Positions 19,650 through 28,696 are shown, numbered from the stretch's first letter. The stretch: DNA of 64,000 nt from Nannocystis sp. (GCF_016714285.1 NZ_JADJNN010000008.1:4669-68668); one strand, 5' to 3'. The notes: a model not told the origin generated them from the sequence alone. Made by a program: numbers and translations.

Positions 19650-20564
19650 GGGACGATAACCTGGGTGGGAGCGCGGGCGGTGGGGCACGGGCCGGGGTGG
19701 GGCCGGCCCTCCGGCGAGCGACGCCTCCGCTAAAGGCAAGGCGGTCGGCGTCGCCGAGAGCCGGCCCCACCCCGGCCCTGAATGGGGTGACGTCGCTGCG
19801 CGGTATGTAGCAGCGAATGCGACGGGTTGCACTCGATATGTCGCATTGCTGTGAGCCTCGAAGCGCTCACCGTTCAATGCACTCAAATGGGTCCGGGGCA
19901 GTCCTGCGGAGCGTCCGTGTCGGGCGCGCACATTGCTGTCGGGCCCATGTCGCCGCAACAATCGTCGTGGCTGCAGAGGATGCAACTCCATTCGAAGCAG
20001 GCCGTGATGCGTCCAATGTGAATGAGTTGTGGTCGCCGTGTGGCACCTTTCGTTCCTGTCCGAAGAGGCAGGTTGCGAGTCTCAGGCCGGGGCGGGCCTC
20101 GGCGACGCCGTGATGCATGCAATGTGAATGAGTTGTGGTCGCCGTGTGGCACCTTTCGTTCCTGTCCGAAGAGGCAGGTTACGAGTCTCAGGGCCGGGGC
20201 GGGTCCGGCCTCGGCGACGCCGATCGTACCGTCCTTTAGCGGAGGCTTCGCTTGCCGGGGGGCCGACGGGGGGGTCGACCGAGTCAAGGGGCGCCGTGGA
20301 GAACGAAGTTCTCCAAAGGCGAACCCGCCCTGTCTGAGGGCGAACCCCCCGTCGGACATCCGGCTTCTCGAGGATACGCGCGCGCCCGCCGGACCCGCCC
20401 CGGTCCGTGCCACGATACTCGCGGAGTCCTGCTGTGATAGCGAGGATACTCGCGGAGTCCTGCTGTGATAGCCCGGTCCGTGCCACGATACTCGCGGAGT
20501 CCTGCTGTGATAGGCCGGTCCGTGCCTTGATATTCGCGGACCTGCGATAGCGAGGGGTCGGCCT
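19650..20564. repeat. repeat-rich noncoding region: two ~105-bp direct repeats (20005-20109, 20110-20221), 3-4 tandem ~42/27-bp units (20399-20555), flanking inverted 14-bp repeat (cctccgctaaagg / cctttagcggagg at ~19727 and ~20243)
   Basis: Read directly. Locally lower GC, with no ORF showing credible codon bias. Confidence 0.8.
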
Positions 20565-20941
20565 TCAGGGCAGCTGGGCGCGGCGCAGGGCGGCGGCGGC
20601 GAGGGCGTCGAGCACGGGCTCGTCCATGCCGATCGCGCCGGGGCTCAGGTGGAGGGTCAGCTGCGGGTATGCGGCCTGGACGGCGGCGATGAGGGCGGGG
20701 ACGTCGCGCTTGATGTGTTTGCCGCCGGGGCTGAGGAACAGGGGGACGACGGCGATCGTGCGGTGGTCCGTGGCGAGCCTGGCGATCGCGGCGGCGAGGG
20801 TGGGCCCGTGCTCGAGGGTGGCGACGTGGACCGGCGTGGCGGGCTGAGCAGGCGCAGGCGAGCCGCGGTGCGCTCTGCCGGGGCGAGCCAGTCGGGGTCG
20901 GGGCTGCCGTGGGCGAGCAGGACGATCGCGTCGGCGATCAT
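20565..20941 (-). pseudogene. cbiX: sirohydrochlorin chelatase CbiX (small form), frame-disrupted near 20850-20870 (frameshift or sequencing error)
   Basis: N-terminus MIADAIVLLAHGSPDPDW in one frame (from ATG 20941). The rest of CbiX (ATPVHVATLEHGPTLAAAIARLATDHRTIAVVPLFLSPGGKHIKRDVPALIAA...) is in the +1 frame, ending at stop 20565-20567. Start overlaps the serA stop by ATGA. Confidence 0.6.
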
Positions 20942-22143
20942 GCGCGGGCGGCTCGCAGCTCGACGGCGAGGATCGAGGCGTGGTCGCGCAGGCGCTGCAG
21001 GAGGGCGGGCGTGGGCTCCTGCTCGAAGGTGATGGTGGCGCAGGCTGCCTGGCCGCCGGCGAAGATGATGTTGCTCATGTTCTGCACGTTGACCTGCTCC
21101 TCGCGCAGGGCCGTGAGCACGCCGGCGAGCACGCCGACGTGGTCGAGGTGGCGGATGACGAGGCTGTAGCGGGTGCTGCGGTCCGCGAGGTTGACGCTGT
21201 GGTGGACCACGCCGTGGGCGGCGTAGTCGTGGACGATGCGCAGGACCTCCTCGGCGATCGCGGCCTCGGCCTGCTCGGTGGAGGCGCCGATGTGCGGGGT
21301 GGCGTAGATGTCCGGGAGGTCGGCGGCGAGGCTGTGGTAGCTGGCCTTGCTGTCGGCGGGCTCGCCCTCGAAGACGTCGAGGCCGGCGCGCAGCTGGCCG
21401 CTGCGCACGGCCGCGGCGAGGGCGGCGTCGTCGACCACGCCGCCGCGCGAGGTGTGGAGGACGATGCTGCCGGGGCGCAGGAGGGCGAGCTGCTCGGCGC
21501 CGATGAGGTGGTGGGTCGCCTTGTTGAAGGGGACGTGGACGCTGACGACATCGGCGGCGCAGAGGAGATCGGCGAGGGACGGCTGGGGGGTGACGCCGAG
21601 GTGCTCGTAGAGCTCGGGGCCGGGCATCTGCGGGTCGTAGGCGAGGAGCTTCATGCCGAAGGCGCGGGCGCGGACGGCGACCTCACGGGCGATGACGCCG
21701 AAGCCGACGAGGCCGAGGGTCTGGCCCTTGATGCCGCGGGCCTTGCCGAACTTGCCCTTGTTCCACGTGCCCTGGCGCAGCTCGAGGGTGGCGTCGACGA
21801 TGCGGCGGTCGAGCGCGAGGAGGAGGCCCATGGTGAGCTCGGCGACGGCGATGGCGTTCTTGCCGGGGCAGTTGGCGACGAAGATGCCGCGGGCGCTGGC
21901 GGCCTTGAGGTCGATGGTGTTGACGCCGGCGCCGGCGCGGATGACCAGCGAGAGGTTGGCGCTGGCCTGCATCGCGGCGGCGTTGACGACGGTGGATCGG
22001 ACGACGAGGATGTCGGCGCGGGTCTCGGCGATCGCGGCGGGCAGGTCGGCCTCGCCGAGCTCGGGGCGGTACACGACCTCGCCTGTGCGGGCCAGGATGT
22101 CGCGGCCCTGGGTCGGGAACTTGTCGGCGATCAGCACCAGCAT
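20938..22143 (-). CDS. serA: D-3-phosphoglycerate dehydrogenase with C-terminal ACT domain
   Basis: 401-aa ORF. NAD-binding GLVGFGVIAREVA motif and 2-hydroxyacid dehydrogenase catalytic region. C-terminal ACT-like domain. Confidence 0.9.
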   Translation of the reverse strand: MLVLIADKFPTQGRDILARTGEVVYRPELGEADLPAAIAETRADILVVRSTVVNAAAMQASANLSLVIRAGAGVNTIDLKAASARGIFVANCPGKNAIAVAELTMGLLLALDRRIVDATLELRQGTWNKGKFGKARGIKGQTLGLVGFGVIAREVAVRARAFGMKLLAYDPQMPGPELYEHLGVTPQPSLADLLCAADVVSVHVPFNKATHHLIGAEQLALLRPGSIVLHTSRGGVVDDAALAAAVRSGQLRAGLDVFEGEPADSKASYHSLAADLPDIYATPHIGASTEQAEAAIAEEVLRIVHDYAAHGVVHHSVNLADRSTRYSLVIRHLDHVGVLAGVLTALREEQVNVQNMSNIIFAGGQAACATITFEQEPTPALLQRLRDHASILAVELRAARA

Positions 22144-22171
22144 GCGCGCAGAGATATCACAGGCGCGGGGA

Positions 22172-22275
22172 GCGGTGGATCGCGGATCTGGCGGTGGGCG
22201 GGTCGTGTCTGGCAGGCGGCGGATCGGCGTGCGGTGTGCAGGAGCGGGTGGATCGCGGATCTGGCGGTGGGCGGG
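22172..22275. repeat. 31-bp direct repeat (GCGGTGGATCGCGGATCTGGCGGTGGGCGGG x2) in divergent serA / lipoprotein promoter region
   Basis: Copies at ~22172-22202 and ~22244-22275, read directly. Confidence 0.8.
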
Positions 22276-22285
22276 AGATCCCGGT

Positions 22286-24358
22286 ATGTGTGGGGCCGTG
22301 CGTGGCGCGGAGCGACTGCTGTGGGGTTCGTTGTGGCTGCTCGGCTGCGGGGCGGGCGAGCGGGCGCCGTCGGCCAGCCCGTCGCCGCCGCCGGCGAGCG
22401 GGGCGGTCGGTGGGCAGGAGCGCAGCGCGGGGCCGCCGGCTGCGGGTGCGGGGACCGGTGGTGGGATCGCGGGTGTTGCGGGTCTCGCTGGTGGGTCGAG
22501 CGCTGCGGGGCCGGGCGTGGTGGCGCAAGCGGTCGCGGCGAGGCCGGGGCCGGCGGACGCGGGCAGCTGCCCGGCGCAGGACGATCCGGGCTACGGGCTG
22601 CTGGTGGTGCCGCAGCGGGCGGTGGTCGGGCAGCAGCTGACGATCCTGGCGGCGACGCTCGACGACGAGGCGGCGATCGCCGTGCGCGTCGACGCGGGGC
22701 CGCGGGTGCAGGAGGCGGGGGAGGGTGTCCCTGCGGACATGTCCTTTCGGACTGGTGTGCCGGCGGCGACGATCGTCCGCCTGACGCCGACGCAGGCCGG
22801 CGAGCTGACGGTGGTCGCCGGGCGCGGCGGGGTCGGGCGCGCGTGCTTGCGGGTCAAGGTGCGGGCCGCGGCGGCGCGCGAGGCCCCGCCGGCGGCGCCC
22901 GGGAATCAGGCGTGGCCGAGCGTGCGCGGGTGGGACGCGGGCGAGGAGGCGCTGTACTCGGCGTGGCTGCGCGAGCTGTTCCACGCCGAGCTCGGGGCCG
23001 ACCTGGCGACCACGGCGCTCGACCAGATCACGAGCGACGCGGGGCGCAACCTGCTGCATGGGTCGCTCGGCTGGGACGAGGACGCGAAGCACCCGACCGG
23101 GCTGGCGATGCGGCCGGACTGCGCCGACGTGCCGTACTTCTTGCGGGCGTACTACGCGTGGAAGCGCGGGCTGCCCTTCGTGTTCCGCGGCTGCTCGCGC
23201 GGGAGCCCGGGCAAGGCGCCGCGCTGCGGTGAGGGGACGGACAACGCGGCGCCGCAGGACGGCACCGGGCCGCAGCCGGGGCAGCTCGGGGCGGTGCAGT
23301 ACTACCTGCGGCGGACGCTGGCGTGGGGGGTGCATACGGGCAACGGGCGGGTGGCGATGACGGACGAGCGCAGCGACCTGTACCCGGTGCGCCTCGATCG
23401 CCGGGCGCTGCGGCCGGGCACGGTGTACGCGGATCCCTACGGGCATATTTTGGTGCTGGTGGAGCTGTTCGAAGGGACAGGTGGTCGACCGGGGGTGCTG
23501 TACGCGGTCGACGGTCAGCCGGACGGGAGCATCACGCGCAAGCGGTTCTGGGAGGGCAACTTCCTGTGGAACCCGGACCCGGGGCTCGGCGGATCGGGGT
23601 TCAAGAACTTTCGTCCGGTGGTGGTGAGGGACGGGGTGGCGGCGCAGATGACCGACGCGGAGATCGCCGGGGCGCCGGGCTACGGGGATGGATCGCCGGC
23701 GCAGGCCGAGCTGGCGGCGCCGGCCTTTTATGACGCGATGGAGCGCATCATCACGCCGGGGACCCGCGACGCGCTGCTGGCCCAGGAGGAGGCCGTGGCG
23801 GCGCTGTTCGAGCAGGCCCGCGTGCGCGTGACCTCGGTGGCCAACGGCGACGACTACTTTAAAAAGAACCCGGGCGCGACGGTGGCGATGCCGGAGGGCT
23901 TCAAGGTGTTCGAGACGACGGGGGCGTGGGAGTCGTACTCGACGCCGGCACGCGACCTGCGGCTGCTGATCGCGATGGACGTGGTGCGCGGCTTCTCGGA
24001 CAAGGTGCGGCGCCAGCCGGCGGTGTTCGGGGTGACCGAGGGGCCGGGGCTGGACGAGTTGATCGTGAAGCTCGAGCAGGCGCGCGGGGAGCTGCTGGCC
24101 GCGCCGCGCTTTCGCTTCGAGTACCGGCGCAGCGACGGGTCGACGTGGGGGCTGACGCTCGCGGATCTGATGACGCGGGCGAGCGCGCTCGAGGCGGCCT
24201 ACAACCCGAACGACTGCCCGGAGCTGCGCTGGGGCGCGAAGCCGGGGAGCGACGAGGCGAGGACCTGCGGGCGCACGGCGCCGGCCGAGCAGCAGGCGAA
24301 GATGCAGCGGTACCGGAGCTGGTTCGCGGAGCGCAAGCGTCCGGCGCGGGGGACCTGA
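22286..24358 (+). CDS. hypothetical secreted lipoprotein (~690 aa)
   Basis: ATG 22286 gives MCGAVRGAERLLWGSLWLLGC (lipobox LLGC). Long ORF with good GC3 and globular composition; no family recognised by eye. Confidence 0.7.
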   Translation: MCGAVRGAERLLWGSLWLLGCGAGERAPSASPSPPPASGAVGGQERSAGPPAAGAGTGGGIAGVAGLAGGSSAAGPGVVAQAVAARPGPADAGSCPAQDDPGYGLLVVPQRAVVGQQLTILAATLDDEAAIAVRVDAGPRVQEAGEGVPADMSFRTGVPAATIVRLTPTQAGELTVVAGRGGVGRACLRVKVRAAAAREAPPAAPGNQAWPSVRGWDAGEEALYSAWLRELFHAELGADLATTALDQITSDAGRNLLHGSLGWDEDAKHPTGLAMRPDCADVPYFLRAYYAWKRGLPFVFRGCSRGSPGKAPRCGEGTDNAAPQDGTGPQPGQLGAVQYYLRRTLAWGVHTGNGRVAMTDERSDLYPVRLDRRALRPGTVYADPYGHILVLVELFEGTGGRPGVLYAVDGQPDGSITRKRFWEGNFLWNPDPGLGGSGFKNFRPVVVRDGVAAQMTDAEIAGAPGYGDGSPAQAELAAPAFYDAMERIITPGTRDALLAQEEAVAALFEQARVRVTSVANGDDYFKKNPGATVAMPEGFKVFETTGAWESYSTPARDLRLLIAMDVVRGFSDKVRRQPAVFGVTEGPGLDELIVKLEQARGELLAAPRFRFEYRRSDGSTWGLTLADLMTRASALEAAYNPNDCPELRWGAKPGSDEARTCGRTAPAEQQAKMQRYRSWFAERKRPARGT

Positions 24359-24456
24359 GGCGCTGCAGGGCGCAGGGGACCGGAGGGGGGGCAGGGCCTG
24401 GCATGAGGGACCTGAGGCCCGGGGCCGGGCTGGCGCGAGGGACCTGAGGGCCCGGG

Positions 24457-25104
24457 TCAGGGGTGGCGCGGGGCGTGGTCGAGGGCGCCGAGGATCATGC
24501 CGGTCATGGCGGCGGCCATCGCGGGGTCGTCGAGGCGCTCGGGGTCGCGGCGCAGGGTGGTGCGGACGAGGCCGCCGAGGGCCTGCACGAGGGCCGCGCC
24601 GAGCAGCTCGGGGGCGGCGAGGCGGAGCTCGCTGCGGGCGCGCAGGGCCTCGCCGACCCGCAGCTCGAGCTCTGTCTCGAAGTGGTCGATGCTGGCGCTG
24701 GCCTGGCGGGCGGCGCACTGGTGGAGGGCCTGGTGGAGGCGCGGGGCGACGCGGTGGGCGGCGACGATGGCGGCGACCAGCTGGGCGACCGCGCCGGGCA
24801 GCGGGCGGTCGCGGATGCCGGCGAGGGCTTCGCCGAGGACGCTGCTCATGACGGCGATGTGGCGGCGCACCAGCTCGTCGATGAGGGCGTCGCGGTCGGT
24901 GAAGTACTGGTAGAGCGAGCCGATGCTGACGCCGGCCCGCTCGGCGATCGCGTTGGTGGTGGCGGCCTCGGCTCCGTGGCGCTCGAGGATCTGAGCCGCG
25001 GCCTTGAGGATCGCCTCGACGGTCGCCTGGGCTCGACCCTGGATCGGGCTGCGGCGGGGCTGGGGACGCTTCTTGTGGGCTTTCGGGCGGGTGGGGGTGG
25101 GCAT
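24457..25104 (-). CDS. TetR-family transcriptional regulator
   Basis: N-terminal helix-turn-helix (ILKAAAQILERHGAEAATTNAIAERAGVSIGSLYQYFTDRDAL), a typical TetR signature. 215 aa. Confidence 0.9.
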   Translation of the reverse strand: MPTPTRPKAHKKRPQPRRSPIQGRAQATVEAILKAAAQILERHGAEAATTNAIAERAGVSIGSLYQYFTDRDALIDELVRRHIAVMSSVLGEALAGIRDRPLPGAVAQLVAAIVAAHRVAPRLHQALHQCAARQASASIDHFETELELRVGEALRARSELRLAAPELLGAALVQALGGLVRTTLRRDPERLDDPAMAAAMTGMILGALDHAPRHP

Positions 25105-25175
25105 CGGGAGAACGCGAGTGGCGAATATCTGAGCAAAGGCTCATCTTCTTCGCAAGCCAAAAAGGAAAGGCCACC

Positions 25176-25853
25176 ATGCGAAAGATCGTCAAGCTGTTGC
25201 GCTTTGGAAGCACGTACATCCGCCTCGTCCGCGACGCGGGTCGCCTTGATCTGGTGTTCGCCCTCGCGGACGCGCTGGCCGACCCGAAGGAGCCGCCGCC
25301 GGGGCTCACCGAGATGCTGGGTCGGCCGGGAGTCGCGGAGTATATGGCCGGGTCGATGGCGCCGCTCCAGGTCGAGTTGGTGGCGCTGCGGGCGATGCCC
25401 GCGGGCAGCCTGGGGCGGGCCTTCGCGGCCTTCCTCGACCAGCGTGGGCTCGATCCGCACGGGCTCTATCACAGAGATGCGGAGCAGGTCGTCACAGATG
25501 TCGATCGCTTCAAGCTGCACATGGAGCGGACCCACGACGTGTGGCACACGGTGCTGGGCTTCGAGACGGACGTCGCGGGCGAGCTGGGGCTGCAGGCGTT
25601 CACGATGGCGCAGCTGGATTCACCGCTGGGCGCGGTGCTCCTGTCGGCGGGGCTGCTCAACGGGCTGCTGTTGGCGCCGGAGGATCTGACGCGGCGGATG
25701 GAGGCGATCGTCCGCGGCTGGCGGCTGGGGCAGAGCTTGCGGCCGCTGTTCGGCGCCGACTGGGCCAGCATGCTGGGCTGGCAGCTCACGGAGGTGCGGG
25801 CCCACTTCGGCGTGCGTGACGAGGACGTGCGGGTCGCGGCGATGGCGGCGTGA
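25176..25853 (+). CDS. Coq4-family (ubiquinone biosynthesis COQ4-like) protein
   Basis: 225 aa. The RTHDVWHTVLGFETDVAGELGLQAF segment matches the conserved Coq4 HDxxH-(x)n-E metal-binding motif (recalled family knowledge). Divergent from the TetR gene. Confidence 0.7.
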   Translation: MRKIVKLLRFGSTYIRLVRDAGRLDLVFALADALADPKEPPPGLTEMLGRPGVAEYMAGSMAPLQVELVALRAMPAGSLGRAFAAFLDQRGLDPHGLYHRDAEQVVTDVDRFKLHMERTHDVWHTVLGFETDVAGELGLQAFTMAQLDSPLGAVLLSAGLLNGLLLAPEDLTRRMEAIVRGWRLGQSLRPLFGADWASMLGWQLTEVRAHFGVRDEDVRVAAMAA

Positions 25854-25972
25854 GCGTGGCTGCGGCGGGGGAATAATCGCCGCGATGGGCGTGCGGGGGT
25901 GACGACGCGGTGGAGCGGGCGAATGGCGCCCGCGGTTGACACCCGCGGGCGCGCGCGCGAGAACGCGGGCCC

Positions 25973-26839
25973 GTGCGCCGCCTCGCCTGTCTCTGGCTCG
26001 CCTCCTCGCTGATCGCGGTGGGCGGGCCGGCGCGCCCGCTGCACGCGGCGCCGGTCAGCGAGCGCGCGGCCGATGTGCCGCTCGCGGTCGAGGGACCTGC
26101 GCCAAAGGACAGGTCGGGAGAGGCTGGCGCGGAGGACAGGTCGGCTGGCTCCGGGGACAGGTCGGGGTCAGCTGGCCCGGAGGACAGGTCGGGAGAGGCT
26201 GGCCCGGAGGACAGGTCGGGGTCGGCTGGCCCGGAGGACAGGTCGGCTGGCTCTGGGGACAGGTCGACGCCGCGGTCGGCGGCCGAGGGGATGCCCGCGG
26301 CGCCGCGGGTGCCGGCGCCGACGGCTGCGATCAAGGATGGGGGTCCAGAGCTGGTCACGGTGGCGGTCGGGCTCGGGCCCTCGGCGCCGGGCTCGAAGGC
26401 GGAGACGGCGGTGGTCGACGCGCTCGAGCGCGCCGCCCGGGCCTCGCAGGCGCCGCCGACGCTGGTTCGCCGCCTGCGGGCCGGGGCGGGCGAGGGGCGG
26501 GCGATCTGCCGCGAGCGTCGCGACGACCTGGTGCTGCTGCTCGAGTACATGCCCGATCGACCCGAGCCGGTGTTGGTGCCCCGGGACTGCCGCCTCGACC
26601 GTGAGCTGGCGCTCCGGGGGAAGGAGGCCGCAGGTGAGCCGGCCCTCATCGGCGTACTGTGGGAGGAACATCGGGCGCTCGTCCGCGGCGGGGCCCGCGA
26701 GCGCAAGGTGAGGATCAGCCGCAAGGTGAAGACGGGCCTCATCGCTGGCGGGGCGATCGTGGTCGTCGGGCTGGCGATCGTGCTGGTTGTGGTCAACAGC
26801 TTGCGCCGCGAGACGGTCGTGCTCACAGTGGGGCCATGA
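25973..26839 (+). CDS. secreted/membrane-anchored protein with (G/A)E(A/D)GPEDRSG tandem repeats
   Basis: GTG 25973. Signal peptide LACLWLASSLIAVG. Seven ~8-9-aa repeats encoded by the GAGGACAGGTCGG tandem array at 26095-26270. C-terminal TM helix. Stop overlaps the next ATG (ATGA). Confidence 0.6.
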   Translation: MRRLACLWLASSLIAVGGPARPLHAAPVSERAADVPLAVEGPAPKDRSGEAGAEDRSAGSGDRSGSAGPEDRSGEAGPEDRSGSAGPEDRSAGSGDRSTPRSAAEGMPAAPRVPAPTAAIKDGGPELVTVAVGLGPSAPGSKAETAVVDALERAARASQAPPTLVRRLRAGAGEGRAICRERRDDLVLLLEYMPDRPEPVLVPRDCRLDRELALRGKEAAGEPALIGVLWEEHRALVRGGARERKVRISRKVKTGLIAGGAIVVVGLAIVLVVVNSLRRETVVLTVGP

Positions 26840-27879
26840 CGCTTGCGGCACGTTTCGGGCGCTGGTTCATTTCTTTGTCCCTCGCGCTCGTGGCGGCTGT
26901 ATTGCTGTACGTGGGGCTGTTCGTGGGGCTGTTCGTGGGCCCCGTCGGGGTGGCACACGCGGAGTCGGGCACGCTGGCGGGCTGGCAGCTGTCGACGGCG
27001 AGCAGCGAGCTGATCGTCGGGCGGGTGACGCTGCGCTACGACCCGAGCCTGGCCGACGAGGCGCGCGAGCTGGCGGACTACATCCCGGGCTCGTGGCGGG
27101 AGATCGAGAAGGCGCTGGCCGGCGACCTCGACGACCGGCTGACGATCAACTTCGTGGCCCACGCGGGGCGCATCGCCGAGGGCACCGGCATGCCGCGCTG
27201 GGCCGCGGGTGTGGCCCACTCGGAGAGCGGGGAGATCGTGATCTCGAAGCACGCGCCCGACGGCTCGCTCAGCGACCTCGACTCGCTGCTGCGCCACGAG
27301 ATGGCCCACGTCGCCCTGTATCGGGCCACGGGCGGGCAGGAGCTGCCGCGCTGGTTCCACGAGGGCGTGGCCGAGAGCTTCGGCAACGAGATCGATCTGC
27401 TGCGCAGCCAGACCCTCGCGGGCGCGGTGTTCGGGCCCGGCGTGCCGGCGCTCGATCAGCTCGAGGACAACTTCCACGGCATCGACCCGATCGCGGTCAC
27501 GGTGAGCTACGCGGCGGCCCGCGACTTCGTGAACCACCTCCGCTACCGCGACGACGGCTCCGACCTGCGCCAGCTGATGACCGAGCTGCGCCGCGGCACC
27601 AACTTCGAGGCCGCGTTCGTCAAGGCCTTCGACCGCAGCCTCGGGGAGCTCGACGGCGAGTGGCGCAGCGGGCTGACGGGGCGCTTCGTGTGGTTCCCGG
27701 TGATCAGCTCTGGCGGGCTGCCCTTCGCCGCCCTGTCGCCGCTGGTCGTGATCGCGGCGGTGCGTCGGCGTCGCCAGCTGAAGGCCGGCTGGGACCGCCT
27801 GAGCCGCGAGGACGAGGCGCTGCACGCCGAGGTCGCGGCGGTGCTGCGCCGGCCCGGGCTGGTGCTGGCGCCGTCCTGA
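26836..27879 (+). CDS. membrane-anchored putative zinc metallopeptidase (HEMAH motif, MA-clan-like)
   Basis: ATG 26836 overlaps the upstream stop. N-terminal TM helix. HEMAHV (HExxH) followed by EGVAESFGNE. C-terminal TM helix. 347 aa. Confidence 0.7.
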   Translation: MTLAARFGRWFISLSLALVAAVLLYVGLFVGLFVGPVGVAHAESGTLAGWQLSTASSELIVGRVTLRYDPSLADEARELADYIPGSWREIEKALAGDLDDRLTINFVAHAGRIAEGTGMPRWAAGVAHSESGEIVISKHAPDGSLSDLDSLLRHEMAHVALYRATGGQELPRWFHEGVAESFGNEIDLLRSQTLAGAVFGPGVPALDQLEDNFHGIDPIAVTVSYAAARDFVNHLRYRDDGSDLRQLMTELRRGTNFEAAFVKAFDRSLGELDGEWRSGLTGRFVWFPVISSGGLPFAALSPLVVIAAVRRRRQLKAGWDRLSREDEALHAEVAAVLRRPGLVLAPS

Positions 27880-27905
27880 GCGGGTGAGACCTCGCCTGGC
27901 CTCAG

Positions 27906-27980
27906 GGACATGTCCGTGGGGCCTCGGCTGCTGACTCCGTCCTGAGGGGGGCGCTTCGCCTGGCCCCACGGACATGTCTG
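27906..27980. repeat. inverted pair of GGACATGTC(C/T)GTGGGG 16-mers flanking a ~45-bp spacer in the intergenic region
   Basis: gggacatgtccgtgggg at 27905-27921 and ccccacggacatgtct at 27965-27980, read directly. Confidence 0.85.
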
Positions 27981-28080
27981 CAAGGCCAGGTGGATCGGCG
28001 CGGCCGAGGTCGAGGGGGCAGGTGGCGCGCCGAGGGCGCGGCTTTACAGGAGGGGGCGCGCTGGGCTATGGCCCCGGACG

Positions 28081-28662
28081 ATGCAACGGATCGGTGCAGG
28101 GACGCTGCGCGGGCGGGTGCTTCGGCCGCTGCCGGCTGCGATCGCGGGCCTGCGTCCGACCGGGTCGAAGGTGCGGGGGGCGATCTTCGATCGCCTGCAC
28201 CTCGGGCTCCCGGACATGGTGGTGCTCGATCTGTTCGGGGGCAGCGGGGCCCTGACGATCGAGGCGCTGAGCCGCGGCGCAGCCCGGGCCACGATGTTTG
28301 AGCAGCACCCGAAGGTGCTTGCCCACCTGCGGACGCAGCTCCGTGAGTTCGCGCTCGAAGATCGGGTGCGGCTGTTCGCGGGCGACGCCTGCGAGCTGCT
28401 GCTGCGCCCGGTGGCGGTGCTCGGCGGGCCCTTCTCGCTGGTCCTGGTCGATCCGCCCTACGCGATCACCACGGCCGTGCTGCCGATCGTGGCGGCGCGC
28501 CTGAGCGGGGGTCTGCTGGTCCCGGGGGCCACGCTGGTGTGCGGGTACGATCGCGCGACTCGCCTGCCCGCGTGGCCGGCGGGGTTCACCGTCGAGACCT
28601 CGCGTCACTACGGTCAGGCCGGGGTGGATTTTGTCCGCTGGGACGGCGGCTCCAGCCGCTAA
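28081..28662 (+). CDS. rsmD: 16S rRNA (guanine966-N2)-methyltransferase RsmD
   Basis: 193 aa. LDLFGGSGALTIEALSRGA SAM-binding motif and DPPY motif typical of RsmD. Confidence 0.85.
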   Translation: MQRIGAGTLRGRVLRPLPAAIAGLRPTGSKVRGAIFDRLHLGLPDMVVLDLFGGSGALTIEALSRGAARATMFEQHPKVLAHLRTQLREFALEDRVRLFAGDACELLLRPVAVLGGPFSLVLVDPPYAITTAVLPIVAARLSGGLLVPGATLVCGYDRATRLPAWPAGFTVETSRHYGQAGVDFVRWDGGSSR

Positions 28663-28696
28663 GCTGGGGACACCCGAAAACCCCGAGGCGACGCCG

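Noticed and set aside
19827-20021. 64-aa plus-strand ORF inside the repeat-rich noncoding region.
   Set aside because: Low GC3, atypical for this genome. Lies within direct-repeat DNA. Treated as noncoding.
20626-21032. Plus-strand ORFs 20626..20847 and 20649..21032 overlapping cbiX.
   Set aside because: Antisense to a recognisable CbiX reading frame. Translations are Gly/Arg/Asp-rich without features.
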